64,000 nt of DNA from Chloroflexota bacterium (GCA_964291655.2 OZ219802.1:1376001-1440000), one strand, 5' to 3'; shown: positions 45,730-55,219, counted from the stretch's first letter. The notes: generated from the letters alone by a model not told the origin. A program made the numbers and translations.

Positions 45730-46257
45730 TCAACTGTCATTCGTGGCTTCAGCGGAATCCGATGCGACGTAGTCACCTCTTTGTCCGCCGCTCTTCTGAA
45801 GCAAGTGCACGCTCTCGATGCGCATGCCCCTGTCCACAGCTTTGCACATGTCATAAATGGTGAGAGCCGCCACGCTGACGGCGGTGAGCGCTTCCATCTC
45901 CACGCCCGTTTTGCCCGTGGTGCGCACCGAAGCCTGGATGCGAACGCAACTCTGGGCTTCGTCCAGGTTAAAGTTCATATCTACCCCGCTCAACGGCAAG
46001 GGGTGGCACATCGGGACGAGTTGCCAGGAGGACTTTGCCGCCATGATGCCCGCCACTTGTGCCACTGCCAACACGTTGCCCTTCTTGAGCGGACCAACCG
46101 CCTGGGGCGGCGTTTCCTGCTGTTGGCGGATTAGTGTCAAGGTCTCCGGCAGCATCACGACCGCGCCTTGCGCGGTGGCCTCTCGGGCGGTATCCGGCTT
46201 GTCACCTACGTCTACCATGCGCGGCAAACCGGACTCATTGAAGTGTGTAAGCGCCAC
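45730..46257 (-). CDS. moaC: cyclic pyranopterin monophosphate synthase
   Basis: LTHF...MVDVGDK, AGIMAAK, PMCHP, TGVEMEAL, IYDMCKA, KSGG. Confidence 0.96.
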   Translation of the reverse strand: MALTHFNESGLPRMVDVGDKPDTAREATAQGAVVMLPETLTLIRQQQETPPQAVGPLKKGNVLAVAQVAGIMAAKSSWQLVPMCHPLPLSGVDMNFNLDEAQSCVRIQASVRTTGKTGVEMEALTAVSVAALTIYDMCKAVDRGMRIESVHLLQKSGGQRGDYVASDSAEATNDS

Positions 46258-46483
46258 TGCCAGAATCGCCTTGATGCCATATGTGGGGGGCTACATCCAT
46301 TATAGCATTTTCGTGAGGCTTGTGCCCTTTTTCACATATGCACGTGCACCTTGCGTCTGGGGCTATACTAGGTGGCAGAGGTAACGGGGAGAAGCGTGCT
46401 CAGCGTGCTTGCAGAGCGGGTTGGGCCACTTGCAAGACTTCATCGCCGCCAAGGCCAAATCTTGTTAACTGGGGAAGAAGAAC

Positions 46484-47218
46484 ATGATCATCGATGCTCA
46501 TGTCCATATCAAAGGCGGCGACGTGTACCGCCGCGAGTTGGACCCGGACGACACCATCCAGTACATGGACCAAGCCGGTGTGGATAAATCGTGCGTGTTT
46601 TCCATCTGCCTCCCCAGCCGCGAATCCAACGAAATGACGCGCCGGGCGATCAGCGGGCGTGAAGACCGCCTGATTCCGTTTGCCCACATGGTGCCGGAAG
46701 AAGGGTCTGTGGGCATGGAAGCGTTGCGCCGCGCCATCGAGGACTGGGGGTTTCGCGGCATCAAGTTGCACTTTGGCGAGGTGAAAGGGGAGATTACCGA
46801 CGCGCTTTTCCTCCCCATACTGGAACTGGGTGCCGGCTACGGCATTCCTATCCTCCTCTGCTGCGCTCATCGGCCGGAGTTCCCCGACCGCTGGGCGGAC
46901 GCCGTGCCGGAGGCCAAGATCATCATTCCCCACCTGGGCTCCAGCCGCGACCAGGACATGAACTGGCGCTTCTTCGACGTGGCCAAGCGACACGACAACA
47001 TCTGGCTGGATACGTCATTCACCAGCGGCCCGTGGATGATCCGCGAGGCCTATCACGCTCTCGGCGCCCACAAGCTCATCTGGGGCTCGGACGGCGGTGG
47101 CGACTATAATCCGCCCCTGCCCGAAATGGCCAAGGTAAAGGTCTGGGAGCTCCCTGAAGCGGACTACGCCAAAGTCATGGGCGGCAACATCCTGGCATTG
47201 CTCGGAGGCAGGGCGTAG
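46484..47218 (+). CDS. amidohydrolase family 2 protein
   Basis: IIDAHVH, GFRGIKLH, IIPHLG, WLDTS, WGSD. Confidence 0.9.
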   Translation: MIIDAHVHIKGGDVYRRELDPDDTIQYMDQAGVDKSCVFSICLPSRESNEMTRRAISGREDRLIPFAHMVPEEGSVGMEALRRAIEDWGFRGIKLHFGEVKGEITDALFLPILELGAGYGIPILLCCAHRPEFPDRWADAVPEAKIIIPHLGSSRDQDMNWRFFDVAKRHDNIWLDTSFTSGPWMIREAYHALGAHKLIWGSDGGGDYNPPLPEMAKVKVWELPEADYAKVMGGNILALLGGRA

Positions 47219-47383
47219 TCATCTGATCTAACACAGCAATTCTTCTCCCAAGAAGATGCCATTGCATGGATGCTTATGGCGACGGAATGGATGGACTAAG
47301 AGGATTCTCCCTCACCCTAGCCCTCTCCCGCTGGAGACCTTTGCACAACCCCACATTCGGGCAGGGGCGCTCCCTCTCCTGGG

Positions 47384-49027
47384 GAGGGTGTCTCAAAAAT
47401 AGATCTACTGGATATATACTGGTGTGAAGAGAAGCAAGGTGAGGTGGTGGGATAGTTTGTAGAGAGGTAGTGACGATGCCGTTGAGACCGTTTAGTCGTG
47501 AACAGGCCTGGCTGTTGCCGCCGACGCTGGACGAACTGATCCCGGACGACCATCCTGTCAGGTTTGCGGCAGCGTTCGTGGACAGCCTCGATGCTGCGGC
47601 CTGGGAGGCGATGGAGATTGACCTGCAAGGCGATCCGCGTGGCGCCGGGGCCTACCATCCGCGCGCGCTGCTGGGCGTATGGGTCTACGGCTTCATGACC
47701 GGCGTGCGCTCGAGCCGCAAGCTGGAGGCAGCCTGCCGGGATCAGGTACCGTACCTGTGGCTGGTGGGGATGCAGCAGCCGGACCACAACACGCTGTGGC
47801 GCTTCTACAAGGCGCACCGCGACCGGATGCGGACGCTGCTCAAGCGCACGGTGCGCACGGCGGTGCGAGCCGGCCTGGTGGAGTTGGCAATCCAGGCGGT
47901 GGACGGCACCAGGATCGCGGCCAACGCCGGGACGCGGCATACCCACGACGCGCAGGGGCTGCAGCGGCTGTTGTCCCGCACCGAGCAAGCGATCGCGGAC
48001 CTGGAGGCGCAGAACGCCACGGGGGGCGACGCGCCGCCAGCGACTTTGCCGCAGGAACTTGCCGATGCCCAGGCCCTGCGGCGGCGGGTGGACGACGCGC
48101 TCGCCCGCGTCGCGGCTGAGGACGGGCCGCGCTACACGAACCTGACTGATGCGGACGCGGCCCTGCTCAAGACTGGCATGGGTGGCTTCATCACCGGCTA
48201 CAACGCCCAGGCGCTGGTCTCCCCTCTTGCGTCCCCGGACGAGGGCGCAGGGGGGAGGTTGATCACAGCCGTGGACGTGAGCGCCAGTGCCGACGACCAT
48301 CCCCACCTGGCGCCGCTGATCGAGGCGGCGCAGGAGAACATCGACGCCGCGCGGGACGTGGTGACCGTTGCGGACGCCGGCTACCATTCGGGGGCCAACC
48401 TCGCCACGTGCCACGCCGGCGGCCACACGGTATTGATGCCCACGACCCACGAGCGCAGACGCCGCAACCCCTACCATAAAGACCACTTCACCTACCGTCC
48501 AGAGACCGACACCTACCTGTGTCCCCAGCAAAAGGTGCTCACCTACACGCACCGCTTGACCCACAGCAACGGCTACCGGGTCAAGCGGTACCAAGCCAAC
48601 GGCCGGGACTGCAGAACCTGTCCGGCCTTCGGCGTCTGCACCTCCTCCCAGAGGGGCCGCTCCATAAAGATCAGCGCCTACGAGCCAATACTGCAACGGC
48701 ACAGGCAGTTGATGGCCACCGCGCCTGCCAAGCAGGTGTACCGCCGCCGGAGTACCATCGTCGAGCCGGTCTTTGGCCTGCTCAAGGAGTGGCACAGTGC
48801 CAGGCGCTTCCTGCTCAGAGGCCGCAGCCACGTGACGTCCGAATGGCACCTGCTGGCCACCGCGTTCAATCTCAAGAGCCTCCACGCCCTGTGGCGGTCT
48901 GGGTGTAGTCCAGCGTCGCCCCGGGGACGAGTCTCTCACTGGCACCGTCTTGTTCATACCACCCGCCATCTGTCTGTCCTTCTCACCCCATTCACCGTGC
49001 CCCGCACCAAAATATTGAGACAGCCTC
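47384..49027 (+). mobile_element. IS1182-family insertion sequence
   Basis: TIRs GAGGGTGTCTCAAAAAT / (rc) GAGGCTGTCTCAATATT enclosing a transposase. Confidence 0.88.
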
Positions 49028-49110
49028 CCCAGGAGAGGGAGTGCTCCTGCTTGAAAGTGGGGTTGTGCAAGGGTCTCCCCCGAGAGAGGGAGCAATTCCG
49101 GCACTGCTAG
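47476..49110 (+). CDS. IS1182-family DDE transposase
   Basis: LPPTLDELIPDDHPVR, G..AYHP, SSRKLE, PDHNT, VDGT.I.ANA, GYNAQ, ADAGY, Cys-rich region, R..IVEPVFG; ORF reads through the right TIR. Confidence 0.93.
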   Translation: MPLRPFSREQAWLLPPTLDELIPDDHPVRFAAAFVDSLDAAAWEAMEIDLQGDPRGAGAYHPRALLGVWVYGFMTGVRSSRKLEAACRDQVPYLWLVGMQQPDHNTLWRFYKAHRDRMRTLLKRTVRTAVRAGLVELAIQAVDGTRIAANAGTRHTHDAQGLQRLLSRTEQAIADLEAQNATGGDAPPATLPQELADAQALRRRVDDALARVAAEDGPRYTNLTDADAALLKTGMGGFITGYNAQALVSPLASPDEGAGGRLITAVDVSASADDHPHLAPLIEAAQENIDAARDVVTVADAGYHSGANLATCHAGGHTVLMPTTHERRRRNPYHKDHFTYRPETDTYLCPQQKVLTYTHRLTHSNGYRVKRYQANGRDCRTCPAFGVCTSSQRGRSIKISAYEPILQRHRQLMATAPAKQVYRRRSTIVEPVFGLLKEWHSARRFLLRGRSHVTSEWHLLATAFNLKSLHALWRSGCSPASPRGRVSHWHRLVHTTRHLSVLLTPFTVPRTKILRQPPQERECSCLKVGLCKGLPREREQFRHC

Positions 49111-49164
49111 GCGAAGTTTCGCAAAGGTCCTCCAGGGAGAGGGAGCTTGTCACTCGACTTCAGT

Positions 49165-49305
49165 GGGGGGGGGGGGGGGTGGACATGGGACTGGAAGTCC
49201 ACGGATGTCCCGTACCCGGTTCGGGACATCCATGAAAGAGAAAGTAGAGTAGGAGTAGGAGTAGGAGTAGGAGAAGGAGAAGGAGAAGGAGAGGGAGAGG
49301 AGGAG
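49165..49305. repeat. G15 homopolymer, hairpins and (GTAGGA)4(GAAGGA)3 microsatellite
   Basis: Directly visible upstream of the dinG-like gene. Confidence 0.9.
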
Positions 49306-49445
49306 TCTAAACCTTTCGGACCCAATAGTGCTGCAGTCTCCTGCGGAGGAGACTATGCCAACCGGTGTCCGAAAAGTCAGGCATGCTAGAATGTGAAAAA
49401 TCACACGTGCCCGTTCTTGAACCCCGCGCTGAGACTATCGCCACT

Positions 49446-51434
49446 ATGTCTTCCGCTGAAACCCCTCACGCCTCATCTCTCCACCTGGATAGCAGGACGA
49501 TGGACGCTATCTACGGTCCGGACGGCCTGCTCGTCGAGGCCGGATGGGAACACCGCGCCGGGCAGCAGGCGATGGCGTCCGCCATCAGTGCGGCGCTGGC
49601 GGATCGCCGTCACTTGGTGGTAGAAGCCGGCACCGGTGTGGGGAAGAGCCTTGCCTACCTCATCCCGGCAGTCTTGGCCCGGCGCGCGGACCCGGACTGC
49701 GGCCCCATCGTCATTTCCACCGCAACCAAGGTGCTGCAAGACCAGCTCTTCTTCAAGGATGTGCCGGCTGTACAACAGTTCCTCGCCCCGTTTGGCATTA
49801 CGTTCGACGCCATTGTTGCGAAGGGTCTGGGAAACTACGCCTGCAAGCTCAAGCTGGATGAAACGACGGGCAGCCTGCTACCGCCGGAGGGACTGGCGGG
49901 CATGATGGAATGGCTGGGTGAGACGACCACCGGCGATGTGGACGAGCTCCGCTTCACGCTTTCCGCAGAGCTGCGCGAGCGCACCATTGCCACCGATACC
50001 GACTGCATTCGACGGAGCTGCCGCTTTTACAGAGACCGGTCATGCTGGTATTTCGCCATGCGCGAGCAGTTGAAGGAAGCGGACGTTGTCATCTGCAACC
50101 ACGCGCTGCTCTGTCTCAGCACGCTGGCTGAAATTCTGCCCCAGCACGCCTTTCTAATCATCGACGAGGCGCATCAGTTGGAGAACTTTGCCTATGCGGC
50201 GTTCACGGATACCCTGACGCCGCGCAGCATCTCCCGTCTCATCCCCGATGAGTCCGGTCTGGAGGGCCTGCGTGACGCGCTCCAGCGGGGAGTGGCAACG
50301 ACGTGGGAGCAGTTTACGGCCTTGCTGCTGCAAAAGGGGCGGGGCGAGTGGGGCAGCCGTCAAGTTTCGGTGCCGGAAACCCAGGAGTTTGCCGCCGGAC
50401 CGGTCACGAACGCGCTGAATCGCTACTACCAATTCCTCAAAGAGCGTCTGCCGCAGATGCCAAGCGAGGAGGAAGAAGCAAAGCTACAGAAGCGCATCGA
50501 TCAGGTGGAGTCAGTTGTCAATCGGATAGAATGCTTCTGTGCTCCAACGCTGCAAGGGGAGCTGCGCTATGTGGAGGAGGGACGTAACAGCATCCAACTG
50601 CATCGCACGCCCATTGATGTATCGGAGCACCTCTCCCGCGTCGTGCAGCGGACGCAGGCTACGGTGTACACGTCGGCGACGCTGGCCGTGGGCGGCAGCA
50701 TGAAGTTCTTCGCATCGCGCGTAGGAGCCGGCGCTTCGCCCGCAGGCGCGAGTGACTACCGTGAAGCCGTGTGCGAAAGCCCGTTTATCTTTGAAGAACA
50801 GGCGCTCATCTGGGCGCCGCGACCGCGCGAACTCTCCGAGCCGCCCTCACGCTGGGAAGGAGATGCCGCGCGCGCCTACGTTGCGGCGTTGGTGGACCGC
50901 TTGGAGCGCTTGGTGGTTGCCTCCCAGGGACGCGCCTTTCTGCTCTTTACGAGCTACCGGGCACTGGAGCACTGTTATCAAGAGCTGTCGCGGCGCTTGG
51001 GTGACGACTTGCTGTGTCTGCGCCAGGGCGAGATGCCGCGGCGGGAACTGCTGCGGGTTTTTCAGGAAGACGGTAACGCGATACTCTGCGCCACCAAGTC
51101 CTTCTGGCAAGGCGTGGACGTGCCCGGCGAGGCGCTCTCGGTGGTCGCCATCGACCGGCTGCCGTTCTCAGCGCCGTCGCCGCTTTCTCAAGCCCGGCTG
51201 GATGCTGTGACCCAGGCCGGGGGCAACTGGTTCCGGGACTTGATGCTGCCGGAAGCCATCATCGACCTCAAGCAGGGCTTTGGCCGTCTCATTCGGAGCC
51301 CGGCAGACAGCGGCGTGATGGTGCTGCTCGATGCGCGCATTCATACGAAATTCTACGGCAAGACGATTCTCAATTCACTGCCTCCGGCGCGTCGGGCCGG
51401 AGAATTCGCGGACGTGGAACAGTTCTTCCGGTAA
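49446..51434 (+). CDS. DinG/YoaA-family ATP-dependent helicase (Fe-S)
   Basis: EAGTGVGKS, Cys cluster, IDEAH, TSATL, FWQGVD.PG, QGFGRLIR. Confidence 0.93.
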   Translation: MSSAETPHASSLHLDSRTMDAIYGPDGLLVEAGWEHRAGQQAMASAISAALADRRHLVVEAGTGVGKSLAYLIPAVLARRADPDCGPIVISTATKVLQDQLFFKDVPAVQQFLAPFGITFDAIVAKGLGNYACKLKLDETTGSLLPPEGLAGMMEWLGETTTGDVDELRFTLSAELRERTIATDTDCIRRSCRFYRDRSCWYFAMREQLKEADVVICNHALLCLSTLAEILPQHAFLIIDEAHQLENFAYAAFTDTLTPRSISRLIPDESGLEGLRDALQRGVATTWEQFTALLLQKGRGEWGSRQVSVPETQEFAAGPVTNALNRYYQFLKERLPQMPSEEEEAKLQKRIDQVESVVNRIECFCAPTLQGELRYVEEGRNSIQLHRTPIDVSEHLSRVVQRTQATVYTSATLAVGGSMKFFASRVGAGASPAGASDYREAVCESPFIFEEQALIWAPRPRELSEPPSRWEGDAARAYVAALVDRLERLVVASQGRAFLLFTSYRALEHCYQELSRRLGDDLLCLRQGEMPRRELLRVFQEDGNAILCATKSFWQGVDVPGEALSVVAIDRLPFSAPSPLSQARLDAVTQAGGNWFRDLMLPEAIIDLKQGFGRLIRSPADSGVMVLLDARIHTKFYGKTILNSLPPARRAGEFADVEQFFR

Positions 51435-51589
51435 GTCTGGGAGGCGACCCCATCCTGCGTGGCAGTGAATTGGGGTCGCAAAGTGACAGTTCTGCCAGTG
51501 CTTTCGCAACTCACCGTAGCCTTCGGTGCCGACCGTATCCTCGGTATCCACCGTACGCCACGGATCTCACCGAAACCCGCGGTACAAAT

Positions 51590-51966
51590 CGTTCGCCCCG
51601 ATCACTTCGACAAGCTCAGCACGAACGGGGAGGCACTTCACATGAACGTGGCATACACCGTTCGCCCTGAGCGGAGTCGAAGGGTGAACGGCTGTGATAC
51701 GGGTAAACGGTTCCGAGTGCTCTATCGTGCCGTTCGTACTTCGACAAGCTCAGCACGAACGGGGAGGCAATTCACACGAACGTGGCATACACCGTTCGCC
51801 CTGAGCGGAGTCGAAGGGTGAACGGTTGTGATACGGGTAAATGGATTCGAGTACTCTATCGTGCCGTTCATGCTTCGACAAGCTCAGCACGAACGGGGAG
51901 GCAATTCACACGAACGTGGCATACACCGTTCGCCCTGAGCACTTCGACAGGCTCAGCACGAACGGC
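51590..51966. repeat. BIME-like array, ~2.8 x 134-bp units of alternating inverted REPs
   Basis: CTTCGACAAGCTCAGCACGAACGG at 51605, 51739, 51873 alternating with CCGTTCGCCCTGAGCGGAGTCGAAGGGTGAACGG. Confidence 0.92.
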
Positions 51967-51984
51967 ATGACGACCCGTAGGCTG

Positions 51985-53355
51985 TTACTGCAATTCAGGC
52001 AGCGGCGGCATGTGGCGTTGCGCCCACGTAGCTATCTCTTGTGTCAGGAATCGTTCCACGCCGAGGGCAACTTTGCGTTCGCCAAGAAGCTGGCTGAACG
52101 CGCGCAGTTGAAGTTGGGAAAGGGCGTTGGGCGTCAGTGGCACGTCGTCGGCTCTCTCCAATACCTCGATGATGTGAAATCCGAACGGTGACTGTATCGC
52201 TTCGCTACGCTGTCCCGGCTCCAGCTCGAAGGCCGCTTGTTCGAACGTAGGTGTCATGACGCCTCTCGGGAACCACCCCAGATCGCCGCCGGAGTCCTTC
52301 GTGCCGGGATCAAGCGACATCTCGGCCGCAAGCTCGGCAAAGTCCTCACCGGCATCCAAGCGCTCTATGGCAAGGGCAGCATCTTCTTCATTCGTCACAA
52401 GAATGTGACGGGCGTAAACTTGTGCACTGCTCGTGGGCACGGCGGCAATGGCCTCCCGCTCCAAGCGTTGACGCCACCAAGCGTCTTGCACGCGCTCCTC
52501 AAAGACGTCACGTGACATGCCCGTACCGGCAAGATAGGCTTCCACACGGTCCTCGAGTGTAGGCACCGGCGTGGGAACCTCGGGTGTGGGAGTTACCGGC
52601 GCCGCCGTAGGCGACGGGGTTGGCGGCAGTGGCGTGGCGGTGACTGTGGGCGTGCTCGCGAGCGCTGCCCGCAGCAACAATTCGTCTGACTGCCGAATCT
52701 CATCCTCACCGGGGATCGGCGTTGGTTCAGGTAAAGGCGGTGGAATTAGTGCGAGAATGCGGCTGCGCAATTGCGCTCCGCCTAACTCGTCGAGGTAGGC
52801 GGCGGTGGCTTCCTCGCGCTCGGTTTCCGTGTACGTATACTCGCGCTCAGCGGCTTCCAGGCGTATTATGATGGCCTCTATCATCTGTTCCAGAGTGAAG
52901 CTGGGCAGGTATTGCAAGCGTTGCTCTTGCTGAGACAAGAGCCTGGATGCCGCATTGCTAATCGCCGTGGGATCGGCTCCTTCTTCGCCCACGAGTTGCG
53001 GCAGAATCTGTTGCACCTGCCGTGTGAAGTAGACGTAATGCGCGAGTTCCGTGCCCAGTTCAGTGGAAAAGTCACTGGCGTTGACACTCGTAGCGCCGAT
53101 GCGTGCCACTGTAGCCCGTGCTTGCAGGACATACTCGTTGAGGTATGCGTAAAGCAGAATTAAGGCGATGAGCGCGGCAACGAACCCGGCGCCGCCCATT
53201 ATCGCCCGCCTCCTCAGGGTATCCTTCTCTCGCCGCGAGAGGTGGGCGCCCCAACCAAAGATTATCGGTTGCCCCTCTTCCGCCGGATGCTCTAGAGGAC
53301 GGGCAATGATGCGCTGGGAGCGTCGATGCGCTGAACTGGACTTTCTTCGTGGCAT
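51985..53355 (-). CDS. membrane-anchored parvulin-type peptidylprolyl isomerase (PrsA/SurA-like)
   Basis: TM anchor, Pro/Thr linker, ARHILV, FAELA...GGDLGWF, SPFGFHII. Confidence 0.9.
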   Translation of the reverse strand: MPRRKSSSAHRRSQRIIARPLEHPAEEGQPIIFGWGAHLSRREKDTLRRRAIMGGAGFVAALIALILLYAYLNEYVLQARATVARIGATSVNASDFSTELGTELAHYVYFTRQVQQILPQLVGEEGADPTAISNAASRLLSQQEQRLQYLPSFTLEQMIEAIIIRLEAAEREYTYTETEREEATAAYLDELGGAQLRSRILALIPPPLPEPTPIPGEDEIRQSDELLLRAALASTPTVTATPLPPTPSPTAAPVTPTPEVPTPVPTLEDRVEAYLAGTGMSRDVFEERVQDAWWRQRLEREAIAAVPTSSAQVYARHILVTNEEDAALAIERLDAGEDFAELAAEMSLDPGTKDSGGDLGWFPRGVMTPTFEQAAFELEPGQRSEAIQSPFGFHIIEVLERADDVPLTPNALSQLQLRAFSQLLGERKVALGVERFLTQEIATWAQRHMPPLPELQ

Positions 53356-53639
53356 AGAGAGACCTTCGCGTTGGATAACCTATTCGGGACTAAGCGGAGT
53401 AGACGAGAACGTGCGCCGTTCCAGTCTTGCTGCGTCCGCCGCATAGAATTCGGCTTTAGCGTTTCACGCCGAACGACCGCGCCGCCGGGAACGAAGTCTA
53501 CCGGAGACGCATAGCGGCGTGTCTCGGACCGGTCAGTAAGGCGTACGTCGCAAGCCTGACAAAGTATGGCGCGACAGAACTGCGCATACTGCGGCGCGCG
53601 GCTCCAAACGTGCGCTCGGGTGTCGCTGGAGCGGGCTCT

Positions 53640-54068
53640 TTACCGCGTGCGCGTGTGCTCCGGCGTGTAAGGCAGCAGCGCTATCGTGCGTGCCCGCTTT
53701 ATGGCAACAGAGAGCCGGCGCTGGTGTTTCTGGCACGTGCCGCTCTGGCGGTGCCCAATGATCTTTTCGCGATCATCCAGGTAGTTCCACAGGAGATCGA
53801 CGTTCTTATAGTCAATGACTTTGATGGCGTTGCCGCAGAAATAGCACGAGCGCCGGCGGCGTGGACCTCGTCCGCCCGGCCCTCGCCGGCGCGGCGGGCC
53901 GTATCGACCACCGCCGCCGCCACCACCACCGAAACGACCGCCGCCACCGCCGCCGCCGCCGCCGCCGCCACCACCGAAACGACCGCCGCCGCCGCCGCCC
54001 CCGCCTCCGCCACCACCGAACCGTCCCGGCGGCCTGCCTTGTGAATCTCGACTATCTCGATCAAGCAT
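53640..54068 (-). CDS. rpsR: 30S ribosomal protein S18 with Gly/Arg-rich N-terminal extension
   Basis: CYFC...IDYKNVDLL...GTCQKHQR.L..AIKRAR.IALLPY; after ssb. Confidence 0.95.
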   Translation of the reverse strand: MLDRDSRDSQGRPPGRFGGGGGGGGGGGGRFGGGGGGGGGGGGGRFGGGGGGGGRYGPPRRRGPGGRGPRRRRSCYFCGNAIKVIDYKNVDLLWNYLDDREKIIGHRQSGTCQKHQRRLSVAIKRARTIALLPYTPEHTRTR

Positions 54069-54126
54069 CAGTATTCCCCAATCCACAATCTATACTTTGA
54101 AATCGGATACGTAGCATTGAATTCCT

Positions 54127-54549
54127 TTAGAAGGGAAGATCATCCGGATTGATGGTCTCTTCCGCTTCTGCGGGTGCGCCGGCTTCTTCCATTGATTCGC
54201 CGGACATCCCCTGATCGCGCCGCGAGCCGAGCATCTGCATCTCGAATGCGGTAACGGCCAAGTTGGCGCGCTCCTGTCCGTCCTGGCCAGTGTAGGTATC
54301 TAGTCGCACGCGTCCCTCGATGTAGACCTGCCGGCCCTTCGCAAGGTAATTTGCACAGGTCTCCGCAAGCTTATTCCAGGCGGTCACGCGAAACCAGTCG
54401 GTCTCTTCCTGTTGTTCACCGTCGCGACCGCTCCAACGGCGGCTAACCGCCAGTGAAAAATTGCAAACCGGCGTACCGCTCGCCGTATATCTCAGTTCAG
54501 GATCGCGCCCGAGATGGCCGATGAGCATGACTTTATTCAGGCCGGCCAT
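54127..54549 (-). CDS. ssb: single-stranded DNA-binding protein
   Basis: LNKVMLIGHLGRDPELRYT...DDLPF. Confidence 0.97.
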   Translation of the reverse strand: MAGLNKVMLIGHLGRDPELRYTASGTPVCNFSLAVSRRWSGRDGEQQEETDWFRVTAWNKLAETCANYLAKGRQVYIEGRVRLDTYTGQDGQERANLAVTAFEMQMLGSRRDQGMSGESMEEAGAPAEAEETINPDDLPF

Positions 54550-54551
54550 GA

Positions 54552-54911
54552 CTACGTTTCCTCACTTTCTGCTTCCGCTACGGCTGCGGGTTCCGGCTCC
54601 CGGTCCGGCGTAAGCAGCGGGAGACCCTCCGCGCGCACGGTGAGATAACGGAGTACGGGTTCCGAGATAAGGAAGAGACTCTCAAGATCGCTCACAAGCG
54701 ACGGGGAGTCGGCCTGGAAGTGCCAGAGCACGTAGTGGCCGTCGTTGAGGTGCTTGATCGGATACGCGAGACGCTTCCGCCCCCATGTCTGCTGCGCAAT
54801 GATCTCACCGCCGTGATCGGTGATGGTGGAGACAATGCGACCGGTGAGCGTCGCGAGGGTGTCGGGGTCAATTTCCGGGTGGAAGATGACGACGAGTTCG
54901 TATGGGCGCAT
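54552..54911 (-). CDS. rpsF: 30S ribosomal protein S6
   Basis: MRPYELVVIF, WGRKRLAYPI, VLRYL. Confidence 0.96.
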   Translation of the reverse strand: MRPYELVVIFHPEIDPDTLATLTGRIVSTITDHGGEIIAQQTWGRKRLAYPIKHLNDGHYVLWHFQADSPSLVSDLESLFLISEPVLRYLTVRAEGLPLLTPDREPEPAAVAEAESEET

Positions 54912-54924
54912 AGAGGTATGTCCT

Positions 54925-55000
54925 TCCTCTGGGTTTGCCTCCGGTCGAGCGCCTTGGCTGGATGAACTCCATCGCCAGCCTGCATCTGCCGGAAGCAGAA
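54925..55000 (-). promoter_or_regulatory. structured 5' leader of rpsF (candidate autoregulatory RNA)
   Basis: On the minus strand TGCTTCCGG/CCGGAGGCA and GGCTGG/CCAGCC stems sit just before the RBS. Confidence 0.4.
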
Positions 55001-55011
55001 AGGTATTATTG

Positions 55012-55099
55012 TGGTGCCGAGGACCGGAGTCGAACCGGCACGAGCGTTAAAGCTCCTGGGAGTTTAAGTCCCATGCGTCTTCCATTTCGCCACCTCGGC
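55012..55099 (-). tRNA. tRNA-Leu (anticodon UAA)
   Basis: GCCGAGGTGGCGAAATGGAAGACGC-ATGGGAC-TTAAA-CTCCCA, long variable arm, GGTTCGACTCC, CCTCGGC-ACCA. Confidence 0.95.
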
Positions 55100-55104
55100 T
55101 CGAT

Positions 55105-55169
55105 AGACGCATTCTGCAGCTGCTGCAGCCGCATTCTGCAACTGGTGCAGACGCATTCTGCAGCGGGCG
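55105..55169. repeat. 3 x 22-bp tandem repeat in the tRNA leader
   Basis: AGMCGCATTCTGCARC.. at 55105, 55127, 55149. Confidence 0.8.
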
Positions 55170-55219
55170 TTCGCGCCTCACTCCCAAGCAGGGACGCAGA
55201 TCCTTGACTACCTTTTCAC

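Noticed and set aside
47317-49104. 595-aa ORF antisense to the transposase
   Set aside because: Shadow ORF of a GC-rich gene with no recognisable motifs.
51590-51966. Possible CRISPR array
   Set aside because: Linkers repeat almost identically and repeats alternate in orientation, which fits a BIME-like array.
55012-55099. tRNA as an integration site of a genomic island
   Set aside because: No duplicate of the tRNA 3' end and no integrase in the window; its 3' side leads directly to rpsF.
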